DNA of 64,000 bases from Candidatus Multivoradales bacterium (lineage in GTDB: Bacteria > Acidobacteriota > Thermoanaerobaculia > Multivoradales > J023): assembly GCA_965248925.1 (NCBI GenBank), contig CBDFLE010000005.1, positions 800,001-864,000 of the forward strand, read 5' to 3'. The notes below the pieces were generated by a model, which saw only the letters and a list, made by a program, of their open reading frames with translations, had not been told where the DNA came from and ran no database searches. The position numbers were made by a program, and so were the translations under genes. Within the stretch, counting starts at the first letter, position 1; the number at the start of each line of letters is the position of its first letter. Positions 1 to 11,001 of this stretch are shown here, piece by piece.

Positions 1-1681
1 CTTCACCCAGCCGGAGAGATTGTCCCTCGGTCACCACCGCATGAGTGTCGAGGAACCGCGCGAGATCATCTTGCGGGACGATCAAGAAGCCGCCGTCGAA
101 CCACTGATGCAGGGCCTAGCCAGCGCCGCTTACGCTCCCTTCATGTTGCATGGGATGACCGGTTCGGGTAAGACCGAGGTCTACTTGCGGGTCGCTCGGC
201 GGTCTCTTGATCAAGGACGGGGCGTTTTGCTGCTGGTGCCGGAAATCGCTCTGGTCCCTTCTTTGGCGGCAGTTACTCGCGAGCGCTTTGGCCGTGATCT
301 TGCCGTGCTGCACTCCAATTTGTCGTCGGCTGAGCGGCAACAGGAGTGGGAGAGGGTACGCCAGGGCGAAGCGCGAGTGGTGCTTGGCCCACGCTCCGCA
401 TTATTTGCTCCGCTGCAGAACATCGGACTGATCGTAGTCGACGAAGAGCACGACGGCTCCTACAAGCAAGACGCCTCGCCACGCTACAACGGCCGCGACC
501 TCGCTCTCTGGCGGGCCCGTGCCGAGGGAGCGGTGGCGGTACTGGTGTCGGCGACTCCGAGCTTGGAGAGTCGTCACAACATAGTTACCGGCAAACTGGC
601 GCCGCTGGTCCTCACCCGCCGTGCTGGTGGAGCGGAGCTACCTACCGGGGTGCTGGTTGACCTGCGCCAAGAGAAGCTTTCCCGCCGTCCCGGCGAGGTG
701 CATTTCTCGGCCCGCCTGCGAGGCGAAATCGGCGCCGCCTTGGAAGCCGGCGATCAGATCATTCTGATGCGCAATCGGCGCGGCTACTCGCCGGTGCTGC
801 TGTGTCGCGCCTGTGGCGAGGACTTTCGCTGCGAAGACTGCGGTCTGCCGCAGACATTTCACCGCCGACAGCGGGCCTTGGTGTGTCACTACTGCGCTAG
901 CCAACGCTCGGTGCCGCGGGCTTGCCCGGCTTGCCAGCAGGAGGCGCTGGAACCGATCGGCGCCGGCACCGAGAGGGTGGAGGAGCAGTTCAACGAGATC
1001 TTCCCCGGGGTGACAGCTGATGTCTTGGACGCCGACGCCGCCCGCCGACGAGGTGGCGCCGCCGCCGTTCTGGAACGCTTCGGCAGTGGCCGCTCGCAAG
1101 TGTTGATCGGCACTCAAATGGTCTCCAAGGGTCACCACTTCCCACGCGTTTCGCTGGCCGCGGTGCTGCACGCCGATACCTATCTCGGCTTTCCCGACTT
1201 TCGCGCCGTCGAACGAACCTACGCCCTGCTGGTGCAGCTAGGCGGCCGGGCCGGTCGCGGCCAGCGGCCCGGCAAAGTGGTAATTCAGACCTACCATCCC
1301 GACCACTACGCCATCCGTGCCGCCTTGGAGCACGACGACGAGGCCTTCGCCAAGGCAGAGATGCGCTTTCGCCGGGTGTTCCAATATCCACCCTTCAGCC
1401 GCATGGTGCAGTTACTGAGCCAACACCGCGACCGCCAGCGGGCGGCCGACCTGCTGCGCGATCTCAGTCAGCGCCTGCGGCGCCACCCGGCGGCAAGAGA
1501 CCTGCGGATCACCGGGCCGGCACCGGCCGCGCACGAGAAGTTGCGCGGGCTGTGGCGCTTTCAGCTCTTGCTGCGAGGACCCAATGGCAGCCATCTGCGG
1601 CGGCTGGTCAGAGAAGTAGCGCTGGCCGATGGAGCGTTGCCTGAACTGACAATCGACGTCGATCCTTTCGATCTGCTTTGA
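1..1681 (+). CDS. priA: Primosomal protein N' (5'-truncated by window)
   Basis: GMTGSGKTEVY Walker A, VDEEHD, CxxC zinc cluster, GAGTER, QLGGRAGR, C-terminal DVDP. Confidence 0.97.
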   Translation, partial: FTQPERLSLGHHRMSVEEPREIILRDDQEAAVEPLMQGLASAAYAPFMLHGMTGSGKTEVYLRVARRSLDQGRGVLLLVPEIALVPSLAAVTRERFGRDLAVLHSNLSSAERQQEWERVRQGEARVVLGPRSALFAPLQNIGLIVVDEEHDGSYKQDASPRYNGRDLALWRARAEGAVAVLVSATPSLESRHNIVTGKLAPLVLTRRAGGAELPTGVLVDLRQEKLSRRPGEVHFSARLRGEIGAALEAGDQIILMRNRRGYSPVLLCRACGEDFRCEDCGLPQTFHRRQRALVCHYCASQRSVPRACPACQQEALEPIGAGTERVEEQFNEIFPGVTADVLDADAARRRGGAAAVLERFGSGRSQVLIGTQMVSKGHHFPRVSLAAVLHADTYLGFPDFRAVERTYALLVQLGGRAGRGQRPGKVVIQTYHPDHYAIRAALEHDDEAFAKAEMRFRRVFQYPPFSRMVQLLSQHRDRQRAADLLRDLSQRLRRHPAARDLRITGPAPAAHEKLRGLWRFQLLLRGPNGSHLRRLVREVALADGALPELTIDVDPFDLL

Positions 1682-1779
1682 GGCGCCAGCCCGCATCTGC
1701 ACAGACCTTTCATGGCGTTCTCTCACCGCTGCTCAGGCGGTCGTTGACCCACCCGTGAGCCCTCTGCTAGCGTGCCTGC

Positions 1780-2733
1780 ATGCGGGCAGCGGAAAGTTCT
1801 TTTGAAGGGCCTCTCATCGAACTCCGGCAACGGATCGAGGAGTTGGAGGGCTACCCTCAAGGTAGCGGCCACGAAGCCGAGCTAGAGCGCTTGCGAGGCC
1901 GCTTGCTGAAGACCACCAAAGATGTTTTCAGCAAGCTGACCCCGTGGCAGAAGACCCTGGTGGCGCGGCATTTCGACCGCCCGTACACCCTGGACTACAT
2001 TGACTATTTGATGGACGAGTGGGTCGAGCTACACGGCGACCGCAACTTCTCAGACGACCCGGCTATAGTCGCCGGTTTCGCCCGTTTTCGCGGCCGTTCA
2101 GTGGCGGTGATCGGCCACCAGAAGGGGCGCGGCACCAAAGGCCGGATTCGGCGTAACTTCGGTCAAGCGAGACCCGAGGGCTATCGCAAGGCCTTGCGCA
2201 TCATGCGCTTGGCGGAGAAGTTCTCACGTCCAATCCTGACTTTTATCGACACCCCCGGCGCTTATCCGGGATTGGGTGCTGAAGAACGCGGTCAGGCCGA
2301 AGCCATCGCCCGCAATCTGATCGAAATGGCCGCCCTGAAGGTGCCGGTGGTGGTCACCATCACCGGCGAGGGCGGAAGCGGGGGCGCTCTGGCCCTCGGC
2401 GTGGGAAATCGGGTCTTGGTGCTCGAATATTCGGTCTACTCTGTGATCTCCCCAGAGGGCTGCGCGGCGATCCTGTGGAAGGATCAAGGCCGCAAGGCCG
2501 ACGCCGCAGCCGCCCTACGCTTGACCGCTCCCGACCTCGAACGCCTGGGGGTGATCGATGGCATCATCACCGAGCCTCCCGGTGGCGCCCACACCGACCC
2601 GGCCGCCGCCGCCGCCGCTCTTGGCGACCAGCTCGACAAGAGCCTCGACGAGCTGGTCGAATTGGATCCCCAGGCGCTGGTCGATCAGCGCTACAGCAAA
2701 TTCCGCTCCCTGGGTATGTTCGAAGAGCGATAG
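1780..2733 (+). CDS. accA: Acetyl-CoA carboxylase carboxyltransferase alpha subunit
   Basis: LHGDR, GYRKALR, DTPGAYPG, GEGGSGGALA, YSVISPEGCAAILW. Confidence 0.97.
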   Translation: MRAAESSFEGPLIELRQRIEELEGYPQGSGHEAELERLRGRLLKTTKDVFSKLTPWQKTLVARHFDRPYTLDYIDYLMDEWVELHGDRNFSDDPAIVAGFARFRGRSVAVIGHQKGRGTKGRIRRNFGQARPEGYRKALRIMRLAEKFSRPILTFIDTPGAYPGLGAEERGQAEAIARNLIEMAALKVPVVVTITGEGGSGGALALGVGNRVLVLEYSVYSVISPEGCAAILWKDQGRKADAAAALRLTAPDLERLGVIDGIITEPPGGAHTDPAAAAAALGDQLDKSLDELVELDPQALVDQRYSKFRSLGMFEER

Positions 2734-2737
2734 GGCA

Positions 2738-4426
2738 CTGCGAGCCTCCATCGTCTGGTCCCAAGCGGCCACACCCCCCACACCAGCACTCTCTGAGGCG
2801 GGCTGTCCCGCTTGGTTTGCTGAACTCCTGGCGCGCCGTGGTGTCGACCACCCGCTGGCCGCCAGCACTTTCCTGCAACCGAGTCTGGAGCAGCTGCACG
2901 ACCCTTTCTTGTTGGCCGGCATGCAACAAGCGGTCGAGCGCCTGCTGGCCGCCAAGCAGCAGGCTGAGCCGGTGGCGGTAGTGGGGGATTACGATGTCGA
3001 TGGGGTTTCAGGCACTGCCCTGCTGGTAGCGGTACTGCGCGCCTGCGGCCTCGAGACCCATCCGATCCTGCCGCACCGACTGCACGACGGCTATGGCTTT
3101 CAGCCAGTGCATGCGGAGCGAGCTCAGGAGCTGGGCTGCCGCTTGGTGGTCACGGTTGATTGCGGGACCACCTCGCTCGCGGCCTGCCAGCGAGCGCAGG
3201 AACTTGGTCTGCAAGTGATCATCACCGACCATCATTTACCGGGTCCCGAACTGCCGCCAGGAGCCTTGCTGATCAATCCTCAGCAAGAGAGTTGCAACTA
3301 TCCCTTTAGTGACCTCTCAGGCGCTGGCCTGGCGCTCAAGCTGGCCAGTGCCTTGGCCAGCGCTTGCCATCTCTCGATCGATCCTCAACGCTTGCTGCGC
3401 ATTGCCTGTCTGGGCACGGTTGCCGACATGGTGCCGCTGCGAGGAGAAAATCGGGTGATTGCCGCGATCGGCCTGCGCGAGTTGGCCAAGACCCGCTCGC
3501 CGGGCTTGCAAGCCCTGATCACCGCCGCCGGGCTTCGGCCGCCGCTGGCGGCTGCGGATATCGGTTTTCGCCTGGGCCCGCGGCTCAACGCCCCCGGTCG
3601 CCTGGGTTCGGCAGAACCCGCCCTGGAACTTCTGCTCTGCCGCGATCCGCAACGCGCCCAGCAGCTTGCTCAAGAACTAGAAGCCGCCAATCGTCAACGC
3701 CAGGAAGCTGAGCGGCAGGTGACGGAAGAAGCCTTTGCCGGCGCCGAGTCAGAGGCGGAATTGCCACCGATCATTGTCGCTTGGAGCGACTCCTGGCATC
3801 GCGGCGTGGTTGGAGTAGCGGCTGGACGGTTAGCTCGCCAACTGCACCGGCCGACCATTCTACTGGCGGTCGATGGCGGGATGGCGGTAGGAAGTGGCCG
3901 TAGCATTCCAGGCATTCATCTTTACGATTTTCTTTCCCCTTGGCAGGATCGCCTGGAGCGCTTTGGCGGTCATGCACAGGCGATCGGCATGAGTGCCGAG
4001 GTGGCGCGACTCGAAGAGCTGCGCGATGGCTGGCAGTTGGCGGCCGCCGATTGGGGTGAGCAGTTGGGGGAGAAGTCCTACGAATATGAACTCGAGCTGG
4101 CGGTCCGAACGGTCACTTCGCGGTTCTATCAGCAGTTACGGCGCCTCGAACCTTTTGGCCAAGGCAATCCGCAGCCCTTGCTGCGGATTAGCGGTCCGTT
4201 GCGCCTGGTCGGCTCGCCAAGGATTTTTGGCCGTGGCCACCTGAGTGGTGAGGCAGTCGCCGCGGATGGCGGTAGAATACGCCTGCTGGGTTGGGGATGG
4301 GCCGAGCGGCAAGCGGACCTCGACGGGGAATTCGAGCTCTTGGGGTACCTTGAGGAAGATCGCTACCGCGGTGGCCTGGTCCTGCGCCTGGTCGACAGCC
4401 GGCCTGCGAGCGAACTAGCAGCATGA
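2738..4426 (+). CDS. recJ: ssDNA exonuclease RecJ (start uncertain, probably CTG 2738)
   Basis: GDYDVDG, TVDCG, TDHH, GPRLNA.GR, GSGRS, FGGH, LEPFGQGNP. Confidence 0.95.
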   Translation: MRASIVWSQAATPPTPALSEAGCPAWFAELLARRGVDHPLAASTFLQPSLEQLHDPFLLAGMQQAVERLLAAKQQAEPVAVVGDYDVDGVSGTALLVAVLRACGLETHPILPHRLHDGYGFQPVHAERAQELGCRLVVTVDCGTTSLAACQRAQELGLQVIITDHHLPGPELPPGALLINPQQESCNYPFSDLSGAGLALKLASALASACHLSIDPQRLLRIACLGTVADMVPLRGENRVIAAIGLRELAKTRSPGLQALITAAGLRPPLAAADIGFRLGPRLNAPGRLGSAEPALELLLCRDPQRAQQLAQELEAANRQRQEAERQVTEEAFAGAESEAELPPIIVAWSDSWHRGVVGVAAGRLARQLHRPTILLAVDGGMAVGSGRSIPGIHLYDFLSPWQDRLERFGGHAQAIGMSAEVARLEELRDGWQLAAADWGEQLGEKSYEYELELAVRTVTSRFYQQLRRLEPFGQGNPQPLLRISGPLRLVGSPRIFGRGHLSGEAVAADGGRIRLLGWGWAERQADLDGEFELLGYLEEDRYRGGLVLRLVDSRPASELAA

Positions 4427-6474
4427 TGAGCCAAACCACCACACCACCTAGAGCGCGAGTGAAAGCCAAACGGCCATTCGCCTGGCTGCGCCGGTTGATG
4501 TTGGTATTGGCGCTGCTGATGATTGTCGGCATTACTATCTTGTTGCTGGCCTACCGTTTCGCCAGCAGTGGCTCCGGCGGCGGTAGCAGCGCCTTGAGCA
4601 GCGGCGTCAACACGGATCCTGAGGTCCGGGTCAGCGGCACTCGCTTTGACTTCACCCAGACTAGCGAAGGCCGGCCGATCTATCGCATCCGCGCCGAGAC
4701 CGACCAACACACTGTCGATGGCACAATCCAACTGGGCCAAGTAGATCTTGAAATCTACCGCCAAGACGGCTCCTCCTACTTTGTGCGCAGCGAGCAAGCA
4801 GTTTTCCGCGAGGACGGCGGCGAGGCCGTGCTGCGGGGCAATGTAGTGCTGAGTGGCTGGGATTCTCTGGTCCTCAAGACCCGCGAGCTGCACCTGCGAT
4901 CTGGTGGCGAGGTGCTATACAGCGATGGCAAGGTACGCTTCGCTTATGCCCCCGACCTGGAGGGCCAGGCGTCGAAGTTGCGGGTCGATTTTCGCTCCGA
5001 TTCAATCGTACTCAGCGACGGAGTCCACATCCGGAGCATTCCCGGCGCGGCTAACTTCCTGCGGTTGGACAGTGAACGCCTCTACTACCAACCGAACGAT
5101 GGGCTGATCCGCGCCCATGGCGGTGCTGTTCTGGTTCGCGATCAACAGCGCATCGAGGGCGAAACCCTGACTGTTTTCTTCCAAGACGATCTGAACAGTC
5201 TGAAGACTCTGCGAGCGCGTTGGGATGTTCGAGGCGTGCTGACCAGCGCCGGCGATCTCGGAGCCCGTACCCAGGCCGAGATCTCGGGCTACAACTTGAC
5301 TTTGCATTTCGACGAGGCGAGCGGCGAGCCCACCCGGCTTGACCTGGAAGGATCGGCCGAGAGTGGGCCGGCTCAATTCAGCGTGGTCGACGACAGCGGC
5401 CTCGGCCGGCAGTTGCTCGGCAGCCACCTGACCGGCCACTTCGGCGGTGGTCGCCTGCAAACCCTCTCCGGGGCGGGGAAGCCGCTGCGTATCACCGAAG
5501 TCGTCGATGTTGATCCGCCCTATATCTTGCGCCGGCTCTGCGCGCGGCGGGCCGAGGCTCGCTTTCTCGCCGATGGTAGCCTGGCGCTGATCACCCTCGA
5601 AGAGCAAGTCGAGCTGCAAGACCGCGAAGTTCAGCTCAGCGGCGGCGATCGAGCAACGCTCGATATTGTCGCTGGCAAAGTGGCGATCCAAGGCGCCGAG
5701 GTGGCACTGTACAGCGAGCGCGGGGAAGTTATCGCGCCCAGTCTGGAATACAACCGCAGGTCGGGGCTGATTCGCGGCCGCGGCGGCGTACGGACGGTCT
5801 TGCCCGCGGGCTCGCTCAACGCCCTGGAGAGGACTCCCCTGGGCCAAGGCTCGGGGCCGATTAGGATCGAGTCGAAGGAGGCGGTGTGGAATCTGTCGCC
5901 GCCGAGTTTCTCCTTCCTCGGCGGGGTCCGCGCTTGGCGTGGCGACAGCCTGCTGCTGGCCGACCAGTTGCGCGGCGAACAGCAGCTCGACCAACTGGCG
6001 GCCAGCGGCGAGGTCAGCAGCGTGTGGATCCCAGCAGGCGGCGATCTGCTGGGCGAGGCGGCGCAGCCGATCAAGGTCAAGGCCGAGCGTCTGAGCTATC
6101 GCGGCGCTGATTTGGCGTTGGTCTATGACGGCAATGTGCGGGTCGAGCAAGGGCAGAGGATTCTCAGCTGCCGCGAGCTCACCGTCGAACTATCAGCCGC
6201 CAGCCGCCAGGCCGAGCGCATGTACTGCCGAGATTCGGTACGTCTCGACGATCCTGTAGCAAGTCGGCGGGTGTTCGGCGATTCGGCGATCTACACTCTA
6301 GCGCGGCGCGAAGTCGAGGTCTTCGGCAAGGAAGTACGGTTGGTTGATGGCCAGGGAAACGAGCTTTCTGGCCGCTATTTGATTTACGATCTGAGTCTCG
6401 GCACCGTCGCCCTCAGTGGCAAACCGCCGGTCGATCACGCGTCACAGAACCCAGCGAGTGCGCCCTCTCGATGA
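4423..6474 (+). CDS. LPS export periplasmic protein, LptC/LptA(OstA)-like multi-domain
   Basis: N-terminal TM helix then repeated beta-jellyroll-like segments (G.V.V.QG, G....YDL..G); directly upstream of lptB. Confidence 0.8.
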   Translation: MMSQTTTPPRARVKAKRPFAWLRRLMLVLALLMIVGITILLLAYRFASSGSGGGSSALSSGVNTDPEVRVSGTRFDFTQTSEGRPIYRIRAETDQHTVDGTIQLGQVDLEIYRQDGSSYFVRSEQAVFREDGGEAVLRGNVVLSGWDSLVLKTRELHLRSGGEVLYSDGKVRFAYAPDLEGQASKLRVDFRSDSIVLSDGVHIRSIPGAANFLRLDSERLYYQPNDGLIRAHGGAVLVRDQQRIEGETLTVFFQDDLNSLKTLRARWDVRGVLTSAGDLGARTQAEISGYNLTLHFDEASGEPTRLDLEGSAESGPAQFSVVDDSGLGRQLLGSHLTGHFGGGRLQTLSGAGKPLRITEVVDVDPPYILRRLCARRAEARFLADGSLALITLEEQVELQDREVQLSGGDRATLDIVAGKVAIQGAEVALYSERGEVIAPSLEYNRRSGLIRGRGGVRTVLPAGSLNALERTPLGQGSGPIRIESKEAVWNLSPPSFSFLGGVRAWRGDSLLLADQLRGEQQLDQLAASGEVSSVWIPAGGDLLGEAAQPIKVKAERLSYRGADLALVYDGNVRVEQGQRILSCRELTVELSAASRQAERMYCRDSVRLDDPVASRRVFGDSAIYTLARREVEVFGKEVRLVDGQGNELSGRYLIYDLSLGTVALSGKPPVDHASQNPASAPSR

Positions 6475-7202
6475 GCGAAGTGAAAGTTCTCTCGGCCCAC
6501 CAGCTGAAAAAGGTCTACCGCGGCCGGGCAGTGGTCAACGAGGTCTCCCTTGATGTCAGCCAAGGAGAGATCGTCGGCCTGTTGGGTCCCAACGGCGCCG
6601 GCAAGACCACCACCTTCTACATGGTGGTGGGGCTGACGCCCCCTGATGCCGGCGAGGTGATCCTCGGCGACGTCGATATCACCGCCTTGCCGATGTATCT
6701 GCGGGCCCAGCGAGGCATCAGCTACCTGCCGCAAGAGCCTTCGGTGTTTCGCAAGATGTCAGTCGAGGCGAATCTAGTCGCCATCCTCGAGACTTTGGGC
6801 TTGCGCCGCGCCGAACAGAAGCGGCGGGTGGAGTTTCTGCTGCAGGAGTTCGGTCTCGATCGAGTGCGGAAGAATCCTGGATACACCCTCTCGGGGGGCG
6901 AGCGGCGGCGGGTGGAGATCGCCCGCGCGCTGGCCATCGACCCTCTCTTCGTGCTCCTCGACGAGCCCTTCGCCGGCATCGATCCGATCGCGGTGCTCGA
7001 CATTCAGCGCATTGTGCGGTATCTCAAGGAGATGGGCATCGGCGTGCTGATTACCGACCACAACGTTCGAGAAACATTGAAGATTACCGATCGCGCCTAT
7101 ATCATCAACAACGGTGAGATTCTCCGCTCCGGATCACCGACAGAGCTTTCCTCCGATCCACAGGTGCGCAAGATTTACCTCGGCGAAGAGTTCAGTCTTT
7201 AG
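6471..7202 (+). CDS. lptB: LPS export ABC ATPase
   Basis: [47 protein letters not shown]. Confidence 0.97.
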   Translation: MSEVKVLSAHQLKKVYRGRAVVNEVSLDVSQGEIVGLLGPNGAGKTTTFYMVVGLTPPDAGEVILGDVDITALPMYLRAQRGISYLPQEPSVFRKMSVEANLVAILETLGLRRAEQKRRVEFLLQEFGLDRVRKNPGYTLSGGERRRVEIARALAIDPLFVLLDEPFAGIDPIAVLDIQRIVRYLKEMGIGVLITDHNVRETLKITDRAYIINNGEILRSGSPTELSSDPQVRKIYLGEEFSL

Positions 7203-7214
7203 GGGCTTACGACT

Positions 7215-8939
7215 ATGGCCTTAGAGCAAAAACTCTCTCTCAAACTAGCCCAACGGCTGGTGATGACACCGTCATTGCAGCAGGCGATCAAGCTGTTGCA
7301 GATGACCCGGCTAGAGCTCGATGGTGTGCTCACCAAGGAGATGGAGGAGAACCCGGTCCTTGAGGAAGGCACTCTCAGCGAAGAGGAAGCAAGCAGCGAG
7401 GATACCGAGGAAGAGAAGGAGTCCTCCGAAGAGGCGATGAACGAAATCGACCTCGATGCCTATTTTGGTGAGTATGGCGAGAGCTGGGAAGGAAGCACCT
7501 ACGCTTCGGTCTACGAGCATCGCCAAGGGCCGCCCTTAGAGAACATCCTCACCCGGCAACCGGATCTCTACGATCACCTGCTGTTTCAGCTGCACATGAT
7601 GGACGTGCCACCAGCGGTGCGGGAAATAGCAGAGTTCATCATCGGCAACCTCGACAACGAAGGCTACCTTCGAGCCTCGATCGAGGAGATCATGGCCCTA
7701 GGCGCCCTACCCGAGGATGCTCAACAGCAGATTGCGGAGCTGGACAAGGACGCCGCCACCGCCGAAGCGGTTATAGAAGCAGCGCTGGCGGATTTGCGCC
7801 TGCAGCAGCCGGCGGCGAAACAACCTGCCAGCGCGACTTCTGGGCCAGAGACCGAAGTCCTAGCGGACCCAGAGCGAGCGGCTGAGGCACTGACCGCCAC
7901 CGCCCACTTCGAAGAGCAACCGACCGCGAATCTCGATGCCGCAGAGTTCGGCAACGCAGAACCGCGAGCCAGTGACGACCCCCAGGCGTTGGCCAGCGGA
8001 GACGGCTACAGTCGGGACGAGGTCAAGCGCGTGCTGGCGCTGGTGCGGAGCCTCGATCCTCCGGGTATCGCCTGCGGCTCGCTGCAAGAGAGCTTGCTCT
8101 TTCAGCTTGATCGTCGCGGCGAGCCTGAAGATAGCCTCTCCCGGCAGCTCATCGCCGACCATTGGCCGGCCTTCAAGAAGCGCAAGTTCGAGGCCATCGC
8201 CCGTGCGCTCGGCTTGCCGCTGGCCAAGCTTAAGCCCGCTGTCGATACCATCCGCGGTCTCGAAACCCGTCCCGGCCGCGAGTTCAACACCGATCGCACC
8301 CACTACGTTGAGCCCGATGTCTACTTGCTCAAAGTGGGAGAGAAGTACATCGTTCAAATCAACGACGACGGCATGCCCCGACTACGGGTCAGCCGTGCTT
8401 ACCGCAAGATGCTGAAGCAGATGGCCGCCGAGGGGCGGCAGGCAGAAGCACAGCAATTCATCAAAGAGAAAATGCGCTCCGCGGTGTGGCTGATCAAGAG
8501 CCTGGATCAGCGTCAGAGGACCATCTACAAAGTCGCCAACTCGATCGCCAAGCAGCAGCGAGCCTTCCTCGACTATGGCATCGATCATTTGCGACCGATG
8601 GTGTTGCGCAACGTAGCCGAAGACATCGAAATGCACGAGTCGACAGTCTCGCGAGTAGTGTCGAACAAGTACATCCACACCCCGCGTGGCTTGTTCCCGA
8701 TGAAATTCTTCTTCCACAGTGGAATCGACCGTGAGTACGGCGGAGATATTTCATCGCTCACCGTCAAGCGCAAGCTCGAACATCTGATCGCTGACGAGAA
8801 CAACCGTAAGCCGCTGTCCGATAGCGAGTTGATGCGCATCCTCAACCGCGAGGGCATTCACATTGCCCGGCGGACGGTCGCCAAGTACCGTGACGAGCTG
8901 GGCATTGCTTCCTCCACCGAACGAAAGAAGATCTTCTAG
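7215..8939 (+). CDS. rpoN: RNA polymerase sigma-54 factor
   Basis: LQQAIKLLQ, HESTVSR, RpoN box ARRTVAKYR. Confidence 0.98.
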   Translation: MALEQKLSLKLAQRLVMTPSLQQAIKLLQMTRLELDGVLTKEMEENPVLEEGTLSEEEASSEDTEEEKESSEEAMNEIDLDAYFGEYGESWEGSTYASVYEHRQGPPLENILTRQPDLYDHLLFQLHMMDVPPAVREIAEFIIGNLDNEGYLRASIEEIMALGALPEDAQQQIAELDKDAATAEAVIEAALADLRLQQPAAKQPASATSGPETEVLADPERAAEALTATAHFEEQPTANLDAAEFGNAEPRASDDPQALASGDGYSRDEVKRVLALVRSLDPPGIACGSLQESLLFQLDRRGEPEDSLSRQLIADHWPAFKKRKFEAIARALGLPLAKLKPAVDTIRGLETRPGREFNTDRTHYVEPDVYLLKVGEKYIVQINDDGMPRLRVSRAYRKMLKQMAAEGRQAEAQQFIKEKMRSAVWLIKSLDQRQRTIYKVANSIAKQQRAFLDYGIDHLRPMVLRNVAEDIEMHESTVSRVVSNKYIHTPRGLFPMKFFFHSGIDREYGGDISSLTVKRKLEHLIADENNRKPLSDSELMRILNREGIHIARRTVAKYRDELGIASSTERKKIF

Positions 8940-9038
8940 CCTAGCCGCGTTGGCCCACCACTCATACGCCAGTCACTAACTCACCAAGAACCGATCCGTA
9001 CCACTATCTCAATGCTACGCGTCCACAAGGATTGAAGC

Positions 9039-9593
9039 ATGTCCATCGACTACACTGCCCGCCATTTTCATCTCGACGATGAGGTCCGCGACTTCACCGC
9101 TAGCAAACTCAACAAGACGATCAAATTCCTCGACGATCCGGTGGAAGTGCATGTGGTTCTCGAGTACCAGCGGCGCCTGAAATACGCTGAACTCAACGTT
9201 ACCCACAAGCACGGCAGCCTGCACGCGACCGAGGAAGCAGAAGATCTACGCGAGGCGATCAGCGCCGCGGTCGCCAAGCTGGAAAAGCAGGCCCGGCGCT
9301 CGCGTAAGAAGATGATCGGCCAGCGACGGCGCGCCCAACACCAAGACGGTGGCCCACGACATTGGCCGGTAGAGGTCATCGACAGCGACAGCCTGTCCGT
9401 GGCCAAGGAAGAGCGTCGGGTGATCAAGACCACCCGCTTACCGATCAAGCCGATGACTCTTGAGGAAGCGGCACAGGCTCTGGCTTCGTCGAAAAATGAC
9501 TTCTTCCTTTATCTGGATTCGAGCAGTGATCAGGTGCATGTGCTCTATCGTCGGCGTGATGACAACTTCGGTTTGATTGCTCCGGAAAGCTAG
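9039..9593 (+). CDS. hpf: Ribosome hibernation promoting factor (long HPF)
   Basis: KLEKQ.RR, C-terminal KPMTLEEA and VLYRRRD.NFGLI; follows rpoN. Confidence 0.92.
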   Translation: MSIDYTARHFHLDDEVRDFTASKLNKTIKFLDDPVEVHVVLEYQRRLKYAELNVTHKHGSLHATEEAEDLREAISAAVAKLEKQARRSRKKMIGQRRRAQHQDGGPRHWPVEVIDSDSLSVAKEERRVIKTTRLPIKPMTLEEAAQALASSKNDFFLYLDSSSDQVHVLYRRRDDNFGLIAPES

Positions 9594-9598
9594 CTTCC

Positions 9599-10045
9599 AT
9601 GAAACTGGCCGAGTTCTCTAGTCCCGGGCTGATCTTCACCGGCCTGCAAGTAGCTGATCGTGACTCTCTGCTGCGAGCCGTCGCCGAGCACTTGGCAGAG
9701 GCCCGCCCGATTGGCGACGCTGACCAGCTTTACCGGGAGCTGGTCGAGCGCGAAGAACTCGGTTCCACCTCAATCGGGCACAGCGTGGCGATTCCGCACT
9801 GCAAGCACAAGCTTCTGTCGCGGGTGGTGCTGGCGCTATTCAAGACCGATCAAGCCATCAACTTTGGCGCCGAAGACGGCGAGTCCGTTCGGCTATTCTT
9901 CGTCCTTGTTTCGCCAGAACGCCAACCAGCGGCCCATCTCCACTGCCTGGCAGCTATTGCCAAGCGGGTCCAAGATGCGGAGTTGCTGGATCGCCTGATG
10001 TGTCTCGACGACCCAGCCGAGCTTTACCGCTTGTTGGAAAACTAG
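9599..10045 (+). CDS. ptsN: PTS EIIA(Ntr/Fru-type)
   Basis: REELGST.IG..VAIPH, HL..LA.IA. Confidence 0.9.
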   Translation: MKLAEFSSPGLIFTGLQVADRDSLLRAVAEHLAEARPIGDADQLYRELVEREELGSTSIGHSVAIPHCKHKLLSRVVLALFKTDQAINFGAEDGESVRLFFVLVSPERQPAAHLHCLAAIAKRVQDAELLDRLMCLDDPAELYRLLEN

Positions 10046-10053
10046 GATATTCC

Positions 10054-11001
10054 GTGGCCAAGACTGCCAACGTTGATGTAGCTGATTTGCTGGGGCCGGC
10101 GCTGGCCGATCTGCATCTTGAGATAGTGTGTGGGGAAGAGAACCTAAGCCGCCAGATCACCCATCCCCGAGTGCAGAAGCCTGGCCTGGCCTTTGCCGGT
10201 CATTACGATTACATCCGAAGTGGGCGGGTACAGATTATCGGTGCTAGCGAAGTTGAATTCCTCGACACACTGAGCGCCAGTGTGCGCCGCGAACGCTTCG
10301 ACCACATCACTCAACTCGACATTCCGGTCTTTGTCATATCCAAGGGGCTGGAGGTGCCGGAGTTGGTCGAGCGCTGCCGCCTGCAAGGCCGGCCGGTGCT
10401 GTCGTCCCCGGACTTAACCTCGAAAATCATTCGCCAGCTGAGCTTCTTTCTCGAAGATCACCTCGTACCTCACACCCAAGAGCACGCGGTGCTGCTAGAA
10501 ATCTACGGCCTAGGTGTGTTGCTGATCGGCAAGAGCGGCGTCGGCAAGAGCGAATCGGCTCTCGACTTGATCACCCGCGGTCACAGCCTGGTGGCCGATG
10601 ATCGAGTCACCATCCGGCTCTATCCTCGCGGTGAGTTGATCGGCTTTGGCGGCGAGGGCAGTCGCCACCACATGGAACTGCGCGGGCTGGGCATCATCAA
10701 CGTCAAAGATCTCTTTGGCCTAGCCGCGGTGCGCGAGCGCAAGTCGATCGATCTGGTAGTCCGCCTGGAACGCTGGGAGAAGGGTAAGGCCTATGATCGC
10801 TTGGGACTCGACGAGAGCGTTTATCATATCTTGGAGACCCCCGTCCCTTACTTGGAAATGCCCGTCGCGACCGGTCGTAACGTGGCTATTCTGGTCGAGG
10901 TGGCGGCGCGAAATCATGTGCTGAAGATGCAGGGGCATCACTCGGCCTGGGAATTTGTCAGCAAGCTGGAGGCAGAGCTTGAGCGAAAACGACGCCCCTG
11001 A
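10054..11001 (+). CDS. hprK: HPr kinase/phosphorylase
   Basis: GKSGVGKSE, LVADD, ELRGLGIINV, GRN.A.LVEVAARN; GTG start. Confidence 0.96.
   Translation: MAKTANVDVADLLGPALADLHLEIVCGEENLSRQITHPRVQKPGLAFAGHYDYIRSGRVQIIGASEVEFLDTLSASVRRERFDHITQLDIPVFVISKGLEVPELVERCRLQGRPVLSSPDLTSKIIRQLSFFLEDHLVPHTQEHAVLLEIYGLGVLLIGKSGVGKSESALDLITRGHSLVADDRVTIRLYPRGELIGFGGEGSRHHMELRGLGIINVKDLFGLAAVRERKSIDLVVRLERWEKGKAYDRLGLDESVYHILETPVPYLEMPVATGRNVAILVEVAARNHVLKMQGHHSAWEFVSKLEAELERKRRP

Noticed and set aside
5002-6150. Long antisense ORFs (also 24150-25079, 32634-33524, 36328-37116, 42831-43646)
   Set aside because: Shadow frames of well-supported genes in high-GC DNA; no motifs.
7700-8010. Intein in rpoN
   Set aside because: No N-terminal C/S block or terminal HN-C/S/T; composition is low-complexity.
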